Assembly (NCBI GenBank): GCA_030390025.1
Contig: JASTWF010000366.1
Location: forward strand, 248,001-312,000
Length of the DNA stretch: 64,000 nucleotides
Source of the DNA: Squalus acanthias
Lineage: Eukaryota
Direction of reading: 5' to 3'
Both the position numbers and the translations under genes were made by a program. Positions 11,201 to 26,200 of the stretch are shown here, piece by piece. Within the stretch, counting starts at the first letter, position 1. Every line of letters begins with the position of its first letter. Under the pieces are notes generated by a model. That model did no database searches and was not told the DNA's origin. It saw only the letters and a program-made list of their open reading frames with translations.

Positions 11201-14200
11201 TATTACGGTACAGGACGCCTCTCCCTCTCCGGTGTATTATGATAGAGGGCGCCTCTCTCTCTCCAGTGTATTACAGTAGAGCGCCCCACTCTCTCTCCGG
11301 TGTATTACGGTAGAGGGTCCCTCTCTCTCTCCGGTGTATTACGGTAGAAGGCGCCTCTCTCTCTCCGGTGTATTACGGTAGAGGGCCCCACTCTCTCTCT
11401 CCGGTGTATTACGGTAGAGGGTCCCTCTCTCTCTCCGGTGTATTACGGTAGAAGGCCCCTCTTCCGGTGTATTACGGTAGAAGGCCCCTCGCTCTCTCCG
11501 GTGTATTACGGTAGAGGGCCCCACTCTCTCTCTCCGGTGTATTACGGTAGACGGCCCCACTCTCTCTCTCCGGTTTATTACGGTAGAGGGCCCCTCTCTA
11601 CGGTGTATTATGGTAGAGGGCCCTGCTCTCTCTCTCCTGTGTATTACGGTGGAGGGCCCCTCTCCGGTGTATTACGGTAGAGGGCCCCTCTCTCTCTCCG
11701 GTGTATTACGGTAGAGGGTCCCTCTCTCTCTCTGGTGTACTGCGGTAGAGGCCCACTCTCCGGTGTATTATGGTAGAGGGCCCCTCTCTCTCTCCGGTGT
11801 ATTATGGTCGAGGGTCCCTGTCTCTCTCCGGTGTATTACGGTAGAAGGCCACTCTCTCTCCGGTGTATTACAGACAGGTCCCTCCCTCCGGTGTATTATG
11901 GTAGAGGGCCCCTCTCTCTCCGATGTATTACAGACAGGTCCCTCTCTCCGGTGTGTTACGGTAGAGGGCCCCTCTCTCCGGTGTATTATGGTAGAGGGCC
12001 CCTCTCTCTCTCCGGTGTATTACAGTAGATGTCCCCTCTCTCTCTCCGGTCTATTACGGTAGTGGGCCCCTCTCTCTCCTGTGTATTATGGTAGAGGGCC
12101 CCTCACTCTCTCCGGTGTATTACGGTAGAGGGCCCCTCTCTCTCTCCAGTGTATTACGGTAGAGGGTCCGTCTCTCTCTCCGGTGTATTACGGTAGAAGG
12201 CTCCTCTCTCCGGTGTATTACGGTAGAGGGCCCCTCTCTCTCTCTCCGGTGTATTACGGTAGAGGGACCCTCTCTCTCTCCGGTGTATTACGGTAGAAGG
12301 CCCCTCTCTCTCTCCGGTGTATTATGGTAGAGGGCCCCACTCTCTCTCTCCGGTTTATTACGGTAGAGGGCCCCTCTCTCCGGTGTATTATGGTAGAGGG
12401 CCCCACTCTCTCTCTCCAGTGTATTACGGTAGAGGGCCCCACTCTCTCCGGTTTATTACGGTAGAGGGCCCCTCTCTCTCTCCGGTGTATTATGGTAGAG
12501 GGCCCCTCTCTCTCTGTGGTGTATTACGGTAGAGGGCCCCTCTCTCTCTCCGGTGTATTACGGTAGAGGGCCCCTCTCTCCTGTGTATTACGGTGGAGGG
12601 CCCCTCTCTCTCTCCGGTGTATTACGGTAGAGGGTCCCTCGCTCTCTCTGGTGTACTGCGGTAGAGGCCCACTCTCCGGTGTATTATGGTAGAGGGCCCC
12701 TCTCTCTCCGGTGTATTATGGTCGAGGGCCCCTCTCTCTCTCCGGTGTATTACGGTAGAAGGCCCCTCTCTCTCACCGGTGTATTATGGTAGAGGGCCCC
12801 TCCCTCTCTCCTGTGTATTATGGTAGAGGGACCCTCTCTCTCTCCGGTGTATTACGGTAGAGGGCCCCTCTCTCTCTCCGGTGTATTACGGTAGGGGCCC
12901 CTCTCTCCGTCGTATTACGGTGGAGTGCCCCTCTCTCCGGTGTATTACAGTAGAGGGCCCCTCTCTCTCTCCGGTGTATTACGGTACAGGGCCCCTCTCT
13001 CCGGTGTATTACAGTAGAGGGCCCGTCTCTCTCTCCAGTGTGTTATGGTACAGGGCCCCTCTCTCTGGTGTATTAGGTAGAGGCCCACTCTCCGGTGTAT
13101 TACGGTAGAGGGCCCCTCTCTCTCTCCAGTGTATTACGGTAGAGGGCCCCTCTCTCTCTCCGGTGTATTACGGTAGAAGGCCCCTCTCTCTCTCCGGTGT
13201 ATTACGGTAGAGGGCCCCTCTCTCTCTCCGTCGTATTATGGTGGAGGGCCCCTCTCTCTCTCTCCAGTGTATTATGATAGAGGGCCGCTCTCTCTCTGTG
13301 GTGTATTACGGTAGAGGGCCCCTCTCTCTCTCCTGTGTATTACGGTGGAGGGCCCCTCTCTCTCTCCGGTGTATTACGGTAGAGGGCCCCTCTCTCTCTC
13401 CGGTGTATTACGGTAGAGGGTCCCTCTCTCTGGTGTACTGCGGTAGAGGCCCACTCTCCGGTGTATGACGGTAGAGGGCCCCTCTCTCTCTCCGGTGTAT
13501 TACGGTAGAAGGCCCCCCTCTCTCTCCGGTGTATTACGGTACAGGGCCCCTCTCTTTCTGGTGTATTACGGTAGAGGGCCCCTCTCTCTCTCTGGTGTAT
13601 TACGGTAGAGGGCCCCTCTCTCTCTCCGGTGTATTACGGTAGGGCCCCCTCTCTCCGTCATATTACGGTGGAGTGCCCCTCTCTCCGTCGTATTACGGTG
13701 GAGTGCCCCTCTCTCCAGTCTATTACAGTAGTGGGCCCCTCTCTCTCCTGTGTATTATGGTAGAGGGCCCCTCTCTCCGGTGTATTATGGTAGAGGGCCC
13801 CTCTCTCTCTCCGGTGTGTTACGGTAGAGGGTCCCTATCTCTCTCCGGTGTATTACGGTAGAGGGCCCCTCTCTCCGGTTTATTACAGTAGAGGGCCCCT
13901 CTCTCTCCGGTGTATTACGGTAGAGGGCCCCACTCTCTCTCCGGTGTATTACGGTAGAAGGCCCCTCTCTCCGGTGTATTATGGTAGAGGGCCCCTATCT
14001 CCGGTGTATTACGGTAGAGGGCCCCTCTCTCTCCGGTGTATTACAGTAGAGGGCCCCTCTCTCTCTCCGGTGTATCATGGTAGAAGGCCCCTCTCTCTCT
14101 CCGGTGTATAACAGTAGGGGCCCGTCTCTCACTCCGGTGTATTACGGTAGACGCCCACTCTCCGGTGTTTTACGGTAGAGGGCCCCTCTCTCTCTCCGGT

Positions 14201-17200
14201 CTATTACAGTAGTGGGCCTCTCTCTCTCCTGTGTATTATGGTAGAAGGCCCATCTCTCCGGTGTATTACGGTAGAGGGCCCCTCTTTCTCTCCGGTGTGT
14301 TACGGTAGAGGGTCCCTCTCTCTCTCCGGTGTATTACGGTAGAGGGCCCCTCTCTCCAGTTTATTACAGTAGAGGGCCTCTCTCTCTCCGGTCTATTACA
14401 GTAGTGGGCCTCTCTCTCTCCTGTGTATTATGGTAGAAGGCCCATCTCTCCGGTGTATTATATTAGAGGGCCCCCTCTCGCTCCCTGGTGTATTACGGTA
14501 GAGGGCCTCTCTCTCTCTCCTGTGTATTACGGTAGAGGGCCCCTCTCTGTCTCCGGTGTACTACGGTGGAGGGCCCATCTCTCTCTCCGGTATATTACGG
14601 TAGAGGGCCCCTCTCTCCTGTGTATTACGGTAGAGGGCCCCTCTCTAGCTCCGGTGTATTACGGTGGAGTTCCCATCTCTCTCTCCGGTGTATTATGGTA
14701 GAGGCCCACTCTCCGGTGTATTACGGAAGAGAGCACCTCTCTCTCTCCGGTGTATTACGGTAAAAGGCCCCTCTCTCCGGTGTATTACGGAAGAGGGCCC
14801 CTCTCTCCGGTGTATTATGGTGGAAGGCCCCTCTCTCTCTCTCTCCGGTGTATTACGGTACAGGGCCCCTCTCTCTCTCCGGTGTATTACCGTAGAAGAC
14901 CCCACTCTCTCTCTCCGGTTTATTACAAGAGTGGGCCCTTCTCTCTCTCCGGTGTATTACGGTAGAGGGCCCCACTCTCTCTCTCCGGTGTTTTACGATA
15001 GAGGGCCCCACTCTCACCGGTTTATTACGGTAGAGGGCCCCTCTCTCTCTCCGGTGTATTACGGTAGAGGGCCCCACTCTCTCTCTCCGGTGTGTTACGG
15101 TACAGGGCCCCTCTCTCTCTCCGGTGTATTATGGATGGGGCACCTCTCTCACTCCGGAGTATTACGGTAGAGGGCCCCTCTCTTTCCGGTGTATTACAGT
15201 AGAAGGCCCCTCTCTCTCTCTCCTGTGTATTACGGTACAGGGCCTATCTCTCTCTCCGGTGTATTACGGTAGAGGGCCCCACTCTCTCTCCGGTGTATTA
15301 CGGTAGAAGGCCCCTCTCTCCGGTGTATTATGGTAGAGGGCCCCTATCTCCGGTGTATTACGGTAGAGGGCCCCTCTCTCTCCGGTGTATTACAGTAGAG
15401 GGCCCCTCTCTCTCTCCGGTGTATCATGGTAGAAGGCCCCTCTCTCTCTCCGGTGTATAACAGTAGGGGCCCGTCTCTCACTCCGGTGTATTACGGTAGA
15501 CGCCCACTCTCCGGTGTTTTACGGTAGAGGGCCCCTCTCTCTCTCCGGTCTATTACAGTAGTGGGCCTCTCTCTCTCCTGTGTATTATGGTAGAAGGCCC
15601 ATCTCTCCGGTGTATTACGGTAGAGGGCCCCTCTTTCTCTCCGGTGTGTTACGGTAGAGGGTCCCTCTCTCTCTCCGGTGTATTACGGTAGAGGGCCCCT
15701 CTCTCCAGTTTATTACAGTAGAGGGCCTCTCTCTCTCCGGTCTATTACAGTAGTGGGCCTCTCTCTCTCCTGTGTATTATGGTAGAAGGCCCATCTCTCC
15801 GGTGTATTATATTAGAGGGCCCCCTCTCGCTCCCTGGTGTATTACGGTAGAGGGCCTCTCTCTCTCTCTCCTGTGTATTACGGTAGAGGGCCCCTCTCTG
15901 TCTCCGGTGTACTACGGTGGAGGGCCCATCTCTCTCTCCGGTATATTACGGTAGAGGGCCCCTCTCTCCTGTGTATTACGGTAGAGGGCCCCTCTCTAGC
16001 TCCGGTGTATTACGGTGGAGTTCCCATCTCTCTCTCCGGTGTATTATGGTAGAGGCCCACTCTCCGGTGTATTACGGAAGAGAGCACCTCTCTCTCTCCG
16101 GTGTATTACGGTAAAAGGCCCCTCTCTCCGGTGTATTACGGAAGAGGGCCCCTCTCTCCGGTGTATTATGGTGGAAGGCCCCTCTCTCTCTCTCTCCGGT
16201 GTATTACGGTACAGGGCCCCTCTCTCTCTCCGGTGTATTACCGTAGAAGACCCCACTCTCTCTCTCCGGTTTATTACAAGAGTGGGCCCTTCTCTCTCTC
16301 CGGTGTATTACGGTAGAGGGCCCCACTCTCTCTCTCCGGTGTTTTACGATAGAGGGCCCCACTCTCACCGGTTTATTACGGTAGAGGGCCCCTCTCTCTC
16401 TCCGGTGTATTACGGTAGAGGGCCCCACTCTCTCTCTCCGGTGTGTTACGGTACAGGGCCCCTCTCTCTCTCCGGTGTATTATGGATGGGGCACCTCTCT
16501 CACTCCGGAGTATTACGGTAGAGGGCCCCTCTCTTTCCGGTGTATTACAGTAGAAGGCCCCTCTCTCTCTCTCCTGTGTATTACGGTACAGGGCCTATCT
16601 CTCTCTCCGGCGTATTACGGTAGAGGGCCCTATATCTCTCCGGTGTATTACAGTCGAGGGCCCCTCTCTCTCTCCAGTGTATTACGGTAGAGGGCCCCTC
16701 TCTCTCTCCTGTGTATTACGGTACAGGACGCCTCTCCCTCTCCGGTGTATTATGATAGAGGGCGCCTCTCTCTCTCCAGTGTATTACAGTAGAGCGCCCC
16801 ACTCTCTCTCCGGTGTATAACGGTAGAGGGTCCCTCTCTCTCTCCGGTGTATTACGGTAGAAGGCGCCTCTCTCTCTCCGGTGTATTACGGTAGAGGGCC
16901 CCACTCTCTCTCTCCGGTGTATTACGGTAGAGGGTCCCTCTCTCTCTCCGGTGTATTACGGTAGAAGGCCCCTCTCTCTCTCCGGTGTATTACGGTAGAA
17001 GGCCCCTCGCTCTCTCCGGTGTATTACGGTAGAGGGCCCCACTCTCTCTCTCCGGTGTATTACGGTAGACGGCCCCACTCTCTCTCTCCGGTTTATTACG
17101 GTAGAGGGCCCCTCTCTACGGTGTATTATGGTAGAGGGCCCTGCACTCTCTCTCCAGTGTATTACGGTAGAGGGCCCCACTCTCTCCGGTTTATTATGGT

Positions 17201-20200
17201 CGAGGGACCCTCTCTCTCTCCGGTGTATTATGGTAGAGGGCCCCTCTCTCTCTGTGGTGTATTATGGTAGAGGGCCCCTCTCTCTCTCCGGTGTATTACG
17301 GTAGAGGGCCCCTCTCTCCTGTGTATTACGGTGGAGGGCCCCTCTCCGGTGTATTACGGTAGAGGGCCCCTCTCTCTCTCCGGTGTATTACGGTAGAGGG
17401 TCCCTCTCTCTCTCTGGTGTACTGCGGTAGAGGCCCACTCTCCGGTGTATTATGGTAGAGGGCCCCTCTCTCTCTCCGGTGTATTATGGTCGAGGGCCCC
17501 TCTCTCTCTCCGGTGTATTACGGTAGAAGGCCACTCTCTCTCCGGTGTATTACAGACAGGTCCCTCCCTCCGGTGTATTATGGTAGAGGGCCCCTCTCTC
17601 TCCGATGTATTACAGACAGGTCCCTCTCTCTGGTGTATTACGGTAGAGGGCCCCTCTCTCCGGTGTATTATGGTAGAGGGCCCCTCTCTCTCTCCGGTGT
17701 ATTACAGTAGATGTCCCCTCTCTCTCTCCGGTCTATTACGGTAGAGGGCCCCTCTCTCTCCTGTGTATTATGGTAGAGGGCCCCTCACTCTCTCCGGTGT
17801 ATTACGGTAGAGGGCCCCTCTCTCTCTCCAGTGTATTATGGTAGAGGGTCCCTCTCTCTCTCCGGTGTATTACGGTAGAAGGCTCCTCTCTCCGGTGTAT
17901 TACGGTAGAGGGCCCCTCTCTCTCTCTCCGGTGTATTACGGTAGAGGGACCCTCTCTCTCTCCGGTGTATTACGGTAGAAGGCCCCTCTCTCTCTCCGAT
18001 GTATTATGGTAGAGGGCCCCACTCTCTCTCTGCGGTTAATTACGGTAGAGGGCCCCTCTCTCCGGTGTATTATGGTAGAGGGCCCAACTCTCTCTCTCCA
18101 GTGTATTACGGTAGAGGGCCCCACTCTCTCCGGTTTATTACGGTAGAGGGCCCCTCTCTCTTTCCGGTGTATTATGGTAGAGGGCCCCTCTCTCTCTGTG
18201 GTGTATTACGGTAGAGGGCCCCTCTCTCTCTCTGGTGTATTACGGTAGAGGGCCCCTCTCTCCTGTGTATTACGGTGGAGGGCCCCTCTCTCTCTCCGGT
18301 GTATTACGGTAGAGGGTCCCTCGCTCTCTCTGGTGTACTGCGGTAGAGGCCCACTCTCCGGTGTATTATGGTAGAGGGCCCCTCTCTCTCCGGTGTATTA
18401 TGGTCGAGGGCCCCTCTCTCTCTCCGGTGTATTACGGTAGAAGGTCCCTCTCTCTCACCGGTGTATTATGGTAGAGGGCCCCTCTCTCTCTCCTGTGTAT
18501 TACGGTAGAGGGACCCTCTCTCTCTCCGGTGTATTACGGTAGAGGGCCCCTCTCTCTCTCCGGTGTATTACGGTAGGGGCCCCTCTCTCCGTCGTATTAC
18601 GGTGGAGTGCCCCTCTCTCCGGTGTATTACAGTAGATGTCCCCTCTCTCTCTCCGGTCTATTACGGTAGAGGGCCCCCATCTCTCCGGTGTATTACGGTA
18701 GAGGGACCCACTCTCTCTCTGGTGTATTACGGTAGAGGGTCCCTCTCTCTCTCCGGTGTGTTACGGTAGAGGGCCCCTCTCTCCGGTTTATTACGGAAGA
18801 GGGCCACTCTCTCTCCGGTGTATTACGGTAGAGGGCTCCACTCTCTCTCCGGTGTGTTATATTAGAGGGCCCCATCTCTCTCGCTGGTGTATTACGGTAG
18901 AGGGCCCCTCTCTCTCTCCTGTGTATTATGGTAGAGGGCCCCTCTCTCTCTCCGGTGTACTACGGTCGGAGGGCCCATCTCTCTCTCCGGTATATTACGG
19001 TAGAGGGCCCCTCTCTCTCTCCTGTGTATTACAGTAGAGGGCCCCTCTCTAGCTCCGGTGTATTACAGTGGAGGGCCCATCTCTCTCTCCAGTGTATTAT
19101 GGGAGAGGCCCACTCTCCGGTATATTACGGTAGAGGGCCCCTCTCTTTCTCCGTTGTATTATGGTAGTAGGTCCCTCACTCCGGTGTATTACGGAAGAGA
19201 GCACCTCTCTCTCTCCGGTGTATTATGGTAGAAGGCACCTCTCTCTCTCTCCGGTGTATTACGGTACAGGGCCCCTCTCTCTCTCCGGTGTATTACGGTA
19301 GAGGGCCCCACTCTCTCTCTCCGGTTTATTATGGTAGAGGGCCCCTCTCTCTCTCTGGTGTATTACGGTAGAGGGCCCCACTCTCTCTCTCCGGTTTATT
19401 ACGGTAGAGGGCCCCTCTCTCTCTCCGGTGTATTATGGTAGAGGGCCCCACTCTCTCTCTCTGGTGTATTACGGTAGAGGGCCCCTCTCTCTCTCCGGTG
19501 TATTATGGATGGGGCACCTCTCTCACTCCGGAGTATTACAGTAGAGGGCCCCTCTCTCTCCGGCGTATTACAGTAGAAGGCCCCTCTCTCTCTCCTGTGT
19601 ATTACGGTACAGGGCCTCTCTCTCTCTCCGGCGTATTACGGTAGAGGGCCCTATATCTCTCCGGTGTATTACAGTCGAGGGCCCCTCTCTCTCTCCGGTG
19701 TATTATGGTAGAGGGCCACTCTCTCTCTCCTGTGTATTACGGTACAGGACGCCTCTCCCTCTCCGGTGTATTATGATAGAGGGCGCCTCTCTCTCTCCAG
19801 TGTATTACGGTGCAGGGCGCCTCATTCTCTCTCCGGTGTATTACGGTAGAGTCCCACTCTCTGGTGTTTTACAGTAGAAGGCCCCACTCTCTCTCTCCGG
19901 TATATTACGGTAGAGGGCCCCTCTCTCTCTCCGGTGTATTACAGTAGGGGCCCCTCTCTCCAGTGTATTACAGTCGGGGCCACTCTCTCCGATTTATTAC
20001 AGTAGGGGCCCCTCTCTCCGCTGTATTACATTAGAGGGCCCTCTCTCTCTCCGGTGTATTACAGGCGGGAACCTCTCTCCGGTGTATTACGGTAGAGTCC
20101 CACTCTCTGGTGTTTTACAGTAGAAGGCCCCACTCTCTCTCTCCGGTATATTACGGTAGAGGGCCCCTCTCTCTCTCCGGTGTATTACAGTAGGGGCCCC

Positions 20201-23200
20201 TCTCTCCAGTGTATTACAGTCGGGGCCCCTCTCTCCGATGTATTACAGTAGGGGCCCCTCTCTCCGCTGTATTACATTAGAGGCCCCTCTCTCTCTCCGG
20301 TGTATTACAGTACAGGGCCCCTCTCTCTCTCCGGTGTATTACGGTAGAGGGCCCCTCTCTCTCTCCTTCGTATTACGGTGGAGGGCCCCCCTCTCTCTCC
20401 GGTGTATTATGGTAGAAGGCACCTCTCTCTCTCCAGTGTATTACGGAAGAGGGCCCCTCTCTCCGGTGTAATATGGTAGAAGGCCCCCCTCTCTGTCTCC
20501 GGTGTATTACGGTAGACGGCCCCACTCTCTCTCTCCGGTGTATTACGGTAGAGGGCCCCTCTCTCTCTCTGGTGTATTACGGTAGAGGGCCCCCCTCTCT
20601 CTCCGGTGCATTATGGTAGAGGGCCCCACTCTCTCTCTCCGGTGTATTACGGTAGAGGGCCCCTCTCTCTCTCCTTCGTATTACGGTGGAGGGCCCATCT
20701 CTCTCTCCGGTGTATTATGGTAGAGGGCCCCTCTCTCTCTGTGATGTATTACGGTAGCGGGCCCCTCTCTCTCTCCTGTGTATTACGGTAGAGGGCCCCT
20801 CTCTCTCTCCGGTGTATTACGGTAGAGGGCCCATCTCTCTCTCCGGTGTATTACGGTAGAGGGTCCCTCTCTCTCTCTGGTGTATTGCGGTAGAAGGCCC
20901 ACTCTCCGGTATATTATGGTAGAGGGCCCCTCTCTCTCTCCGGTGTATTATGGTCGAGCGCCCCTCTCTCTCTCCGGTGTATTACGGTAGAAGGCCCCTC
21001 TCTCCGGTGTATTATGGTAGAGGGCCCCTCTCTCTCTCCTGTGTATTACGGTAGAAGGCCCCTCTCTCTCTCCCATGTATTACGGTACAGGGCCCCTCTC
21101 CCTCTCCGGTGTATTACGGTAGCGGGCCCCTCTCTCTCTCCGGTGTATTATGGTAGAGAGCCCCTCTCTCTTTCCGGTGTATTACGGTAGGGGCCCCTCT
21201 CTCCGTCGTATTACGGTGGAGGGCCCCTCTCTCCGGTGTATTACAGTAGAGGGCCCCTCTCTCCAGTGTATTACAGTAGATGTCCCCTCTCTCTCTCAGC
21301 TCTATTACGGTAGTGGGCCCCTCTCTCTCCTGTGTATTACGGTAGAGGGCCCCACTCTCTCTCTCCGGTTTATTACGGTAGAGGGCCTCTCTCTCTCCTG
21401 TGTATTATGGTAGAGGGCCCCACTCTCTCTCTCCAGTTTATTATGGTACAGGGCCCCTCTCTCTCTCCGGTGTATTATGGGCACCTCTCTCTCTCCGGTT
21501 TATTACGGTAGAGGGCCCCTCTCTCTCCGGTGTATTACGGTAGAGGGCCCCACTCTCTCTCTCCGGTGTATTACGGTAGAGGGCCCCTCTCTCTCTCCGG
21601 TGTATTATGGATGGGGCCCCTCTCTCACTCCGGAGTATTACGGTAGAGGGCCCCTCTCTCTCCGGTGTATTATGGTAGAAGTCCCCTCTCTCTCTCCGGT
21701 GTATTATGGATGGGGCACCTCTCTCACTCCGGAGTATTACGGTAGAGGGCCCCTCTCTCTCCGGTGTATTACAGTAGAAGGCCCCTCTCTCTCTCCTGTG
21801 TATTACAGTACAGGGCCTATCTCTCTCTCCGGCGTATTACGGTAGAGGGCCCTATATCTCTCCGGTGTATTACAGTCGAGGGCCCCTCTCTCTCTCCAGT
21901 GTATTACGGTAGAGGGCCCCTCTCTCTCTCCTGTGTATTACGGTACAGGACGCCTCTCCCACTCCGGTGTATTATGATAGAGCGCCCCACTCTCTCTCCG
22001 GTGTATTACGGTAGAGTCCCACTCTCTGGTGTGTTACAGTAGAAGGCCCCACTCTTTCTCTCCGGTATATTGCGATGGAGGGCCCCTCTCTCTCTCCGCT
22101 GTATTACATTAGAGGCCCCTCTCTCTCTCCGGTGTATTACAGTACAGGGCCCCTCTCTCTCTCCGGTGTATTACGGTAGAGGGCCCCTCTCTCCTTCGTA
22201 TTACGGTGGAGGGCCCCCCTCTCTCTCCGGTGTATTATGGTAGAAGGCACCTCTCTCTCTCCAGTGTATTACGGAAGAGGGCCCCTCTCTCCGGTGTAAT
22301 ATGGTAGAAGGCCCCCCTCTCTGTCTCCGGTGTATTACGGTAGACGGCCCCACTCTCTCTCTCCGGTGTATTACGGTAGAGGGCCCCTCTCTCTCTCTGG
22401 TGTATTACGGTAGAGGGCCCCCCTCTCTCTCCGGTGCATTATGGTAGAGGGCCCCACTCTCTCTCTCCGGTGTATTACGGTAGAGGGCCCCTCTCTCTCT
22501 CCTTCGTATTACGGTGGAGGGCCCATCTCTCTCTCCGGTGTATTATGGTAGAGGGCCCCTCTCTCTCTGTGATGTATTACGGTAGCGGGCCCCTCTCTCT
22601 CTCCTGTGTATTACGGTAGAGGGCCCCTCTCTCTCTCCGGTGTATTACGGTAGAGGGCCCATCTCTCTCTCCGGTGTATTACGGTAGAGGGTCCCTCTCT
22701 CTCTCTGGTGTATTGCGGTAGAAGGCCCACTCTCCGGTATATTATGGTAGAGGGCCCCTCTCTCTCTCCGGTGTATTATGGTCGAGCGCCCCTCTCTCTC
22801 TCCGGTGTATTACGGTAGAAGGCCCCTCTCTCCGGTGTATTATGGTAGAGGGCCCCTCTCTCTCTCCTGTGTATTACGGTAGAAGGCCCCTCTCTCTCTC
22901 CCATGTATTACGGTACAGGGCCCCTCTCCCTCTCCGGTGTATTACGGTAGCGGGCCCCTCTCTCTCTCCGGTGTATTATGGTAGAGAGCCCCTCTCTCTT
23001 TCCGGTGTATTACGGTAGGGGCCCCTCTCTCCGTCGTATTACGGTGGAGGGCCCCTCTCTCCGGTGTATTACAGTAGAGGGCCCCTCTCTCCAGTGTATT
23101 ACAGTAGATGTCCCCTCTCTCTCTCAGCTCTATTACGGTAGTGGGCCCCTCTCTCTCCTGTGTATTACGGTAGAGGGCCCCACTCTCTCTCTCCGGTTTA

Positions 23201-26200
23201 TTACGGTAGAGGGCCTCTCTCTCTCCTGTGTATTATGGTAGAGGGCCCCACTCTCTCTCTCCGGTTTATTATGGTACAGGGCCCCTCTCTCTCTCCGGTG
23301 TATTATGGGCACCTCTCTCTCTCCGGTTTATTACGGTAGAGGGCCCCTCTCTTTCCGGTGTATTACGGTAGAGGGCCCCACTCTCTCTCTCCGGTGTATT
23401 ACGGTAGAGGGCCCCTCTCTCTCTCCGGTGTATTATGGATGGGGCCCCTCTCTCACTCCGGAGTATTACGGTAGAGGGCCCCTCTCTCTCCGGTGTATTA
23501 TGGTAGAAGTCCCCTCTCTCTCTCCGGTGTATTATGGATGGGGCACCTCTCTCACTCCGGAGTATTACGGTAGAGGGCCCCTCTCTCTCCGGTGTGTTAC
23601 AGTAGAAGGCCCCTCTCTCTCTCCTGTGTATTACAGTACAGGGCCTATCTCTCTCTCCGGCGTATTACGGTAGAGGGCCCTATATCTCTCCGGTGTATTA
23701 CAGTCGAGGGCCCCTCTCTCTCTCCAGTGTATTACGGTAGAGGGCCCCTCTCTCTCTCCTGTGTATTACGGTACAGGACGCCTCTCCCACTCCGGTGTAT
23801 TATGATAGAGCGCCCCACTCTCTCTCCGGTGTATTACGGTAGAGTCCCACTCTCTGGTGTGTTACAGTAGAAGGCCCCACTCTTTCTCTCCGGTATATTG
23901 CGATGGAGGGCCCCTCTCTCTCTCCGGTGTATTACAGTAGGGGCCCCTCTCTCCAGTGTATTACAGTCGGGGCCACTCTCTCCGATTTATTACAGTAGGG
24001 GCCCCTCTCTCCGCTGTATTACATTAGAGGGCCCTCTCTCTCTCCGGTGTATTACAGGCGGGAACCTCTCTCCGGTGTATTATGGTAGAGGGCCCCTCTC
24101 TCTCCGGTGTATTACAGACAGGTCCCTCTCTCCGGTGTATTATGGTAGAGGGCCCCTCTCTCTCCGATGTATTACAGACAGGTCCCTCTCTCCGGTGTAT
24201 TACGGTAGAGGGCCCCTCTCTCCGGTGTATTACAGTAGATGTCCCCTCTCTCTCTCCGGCCTATTACGGTAGTGGGCCCCTCTCTCTCCTGTGTATTATG
24301 GTAGAGGGCCCGTCTCTCTCTCCGGTGTATTACGGTAGAGGGTCCCTCTCTCTCTCCAGTGTATTACGGTAGAGGGCCCCTCTCTCTCTCCTGTGTATTA
24401 CGGTACAGGACGCCTCTCCCTCTCCGGTGTATTATGATAGAGGGCGCCTCTCTCTCTCCGGTGTATTACGGTAGAGGGCCCCACTCTCTCTCTCCGGTGT
24501 TTTACGATAGAGGGCCCCACTCTCTCTCTCCGGTTTATTACGGTAGAGGGCCCCTCTCTCTCTCTCCGGTGTATTATGGTAGAGGGCCCCACTCTCTCTC
24601 TCCGGTGTGTTACGGTAGAGGGCCCCTCCCTCTCTCCGGTGTATTATGGATGGGGCACCTCTCTCACTCCGGAGTATTACGGTAGAGGGCTCCTCTCTCT
24701 CCGGTGTATTACAGTAGAAGGCCCCTCTCTCTCTCCTGTGTATTACGGTACAGGGCCTATCTCTCTCTCCGGCGTATTACGGTAGAGGGCCCTATATCTC
24801 TCCGGTGTATTACAGTCGAGGGCCCCTCTCTCTCTCCAGTGTATTACGGTAGAGGGCCCCTCTCTCTCTCCTGTGTATTACGGTACAGGACGCCTCTCCC
24901 TCTCCGGTGTATTATGATAGAGGGCGCCTCTCTCTCTCCAGTGTATTACAGTAGAGCGCCCCACTCTCTCTCCGGTGTATTACGGTAGAGTCCCACTCTC
25001 TGGTGTGTTACAGTAGAAGGCCCCACTCTTTCTCTCCGGTATATTGCGATGGAGGGCCCCTCTCTCTCTCCGGTGTATTACAGTAGGGGCCCCTCTCTCC
25101 AGTGTATTACAGTCGGGGCCACTCTCTCCGATTTATTACAGTAGGGGCCCCTCTCTCCGCTGTATTACATTAGAGGGCCCTCTCTCTCTCCGGTGTATTA
25201 CAGGCGGGAACCTCTCTCTGGTGTATTACGGTAGAGGCCCCTCTCTCTCACCGGTGTATTACGGTAGGGGCCCCTCTCTCCGTTGTATTACGGTGGAGTG
25301 CCCCTCTCTCCGGTATATTACAGTAGATGTCCCCTTTCTCTCTCTCCGGTCTATTACGGTAGAGGGCCCCCATCTCTCCGGTGTATTACGGTAGAGAGCC
25401 CCACTCTCTCTCTGGTGTATTACGGTAGAGGGTCCCTCTCTCTCTCCGGTGTATTACGGTAGAGGGCCCCTCTCTCCGGTTTATTACGGGAGAGGGCTCC
25501 ACTCTCTCTCCGCTGTGTTATATTAGAGGGCCCCATCTCTCTCGCTGGTGTATTACGGTAGAGGGCCCCTCTCTCCGGTGTATTATGGTAGAGGGCCCCT
25601 CTCTCTCTCCGGTGTATTACAGTAGATGTCCCCTCTCTCTCTCCGGTCTATTACGGTAGTGGGCCCCTCTCTCTCCTGTGTATTATGGTAGAGGGCCCCT
25701 CACTCTCTCCGGTGTATTACGGTAGAGGGCCCCTCTCTCTCTCCGGTGTATTACGGTAGAGGGTCCCTCTCTCTCTCTCCGGTGTATTACGGTAGAGTGA
25801 CTCTCTCTCTCTCCGGTGTATTACGGTAGAAGGCCCCTCTCTCTCTCCGGTGTATTATGGTAGAGGGCCCCACTCTCTCTCTCCGGTTTATTACGGTAGA
25901 GGGCCCCTCTCTCCGGTGTATTACGGTAGAGGGCCCCTCTCTCTCTCCGGTGTATTATGGTAGAGGGCCCCTCTCTCTCTGTGGTGTATTACGGTAGAGG
26001 GCCCCTCTCTCTCTCCGGTGTATTACGGTAGAGGGCCCCTCTCTCCTGTGTATTACGGTGGAGGGCCCCTCTCTCTCTCCGGTGTATTACGGTAGAGGGT
26101 CCCTCGCTCTCTCTGGTGTACTGCGGTAGAGGCCCACTCTCCGGTGTATTATGGTAGAGGGCCCCTCTCTCTCTCCGGTGTATTACAGTAGATGTCCCCT

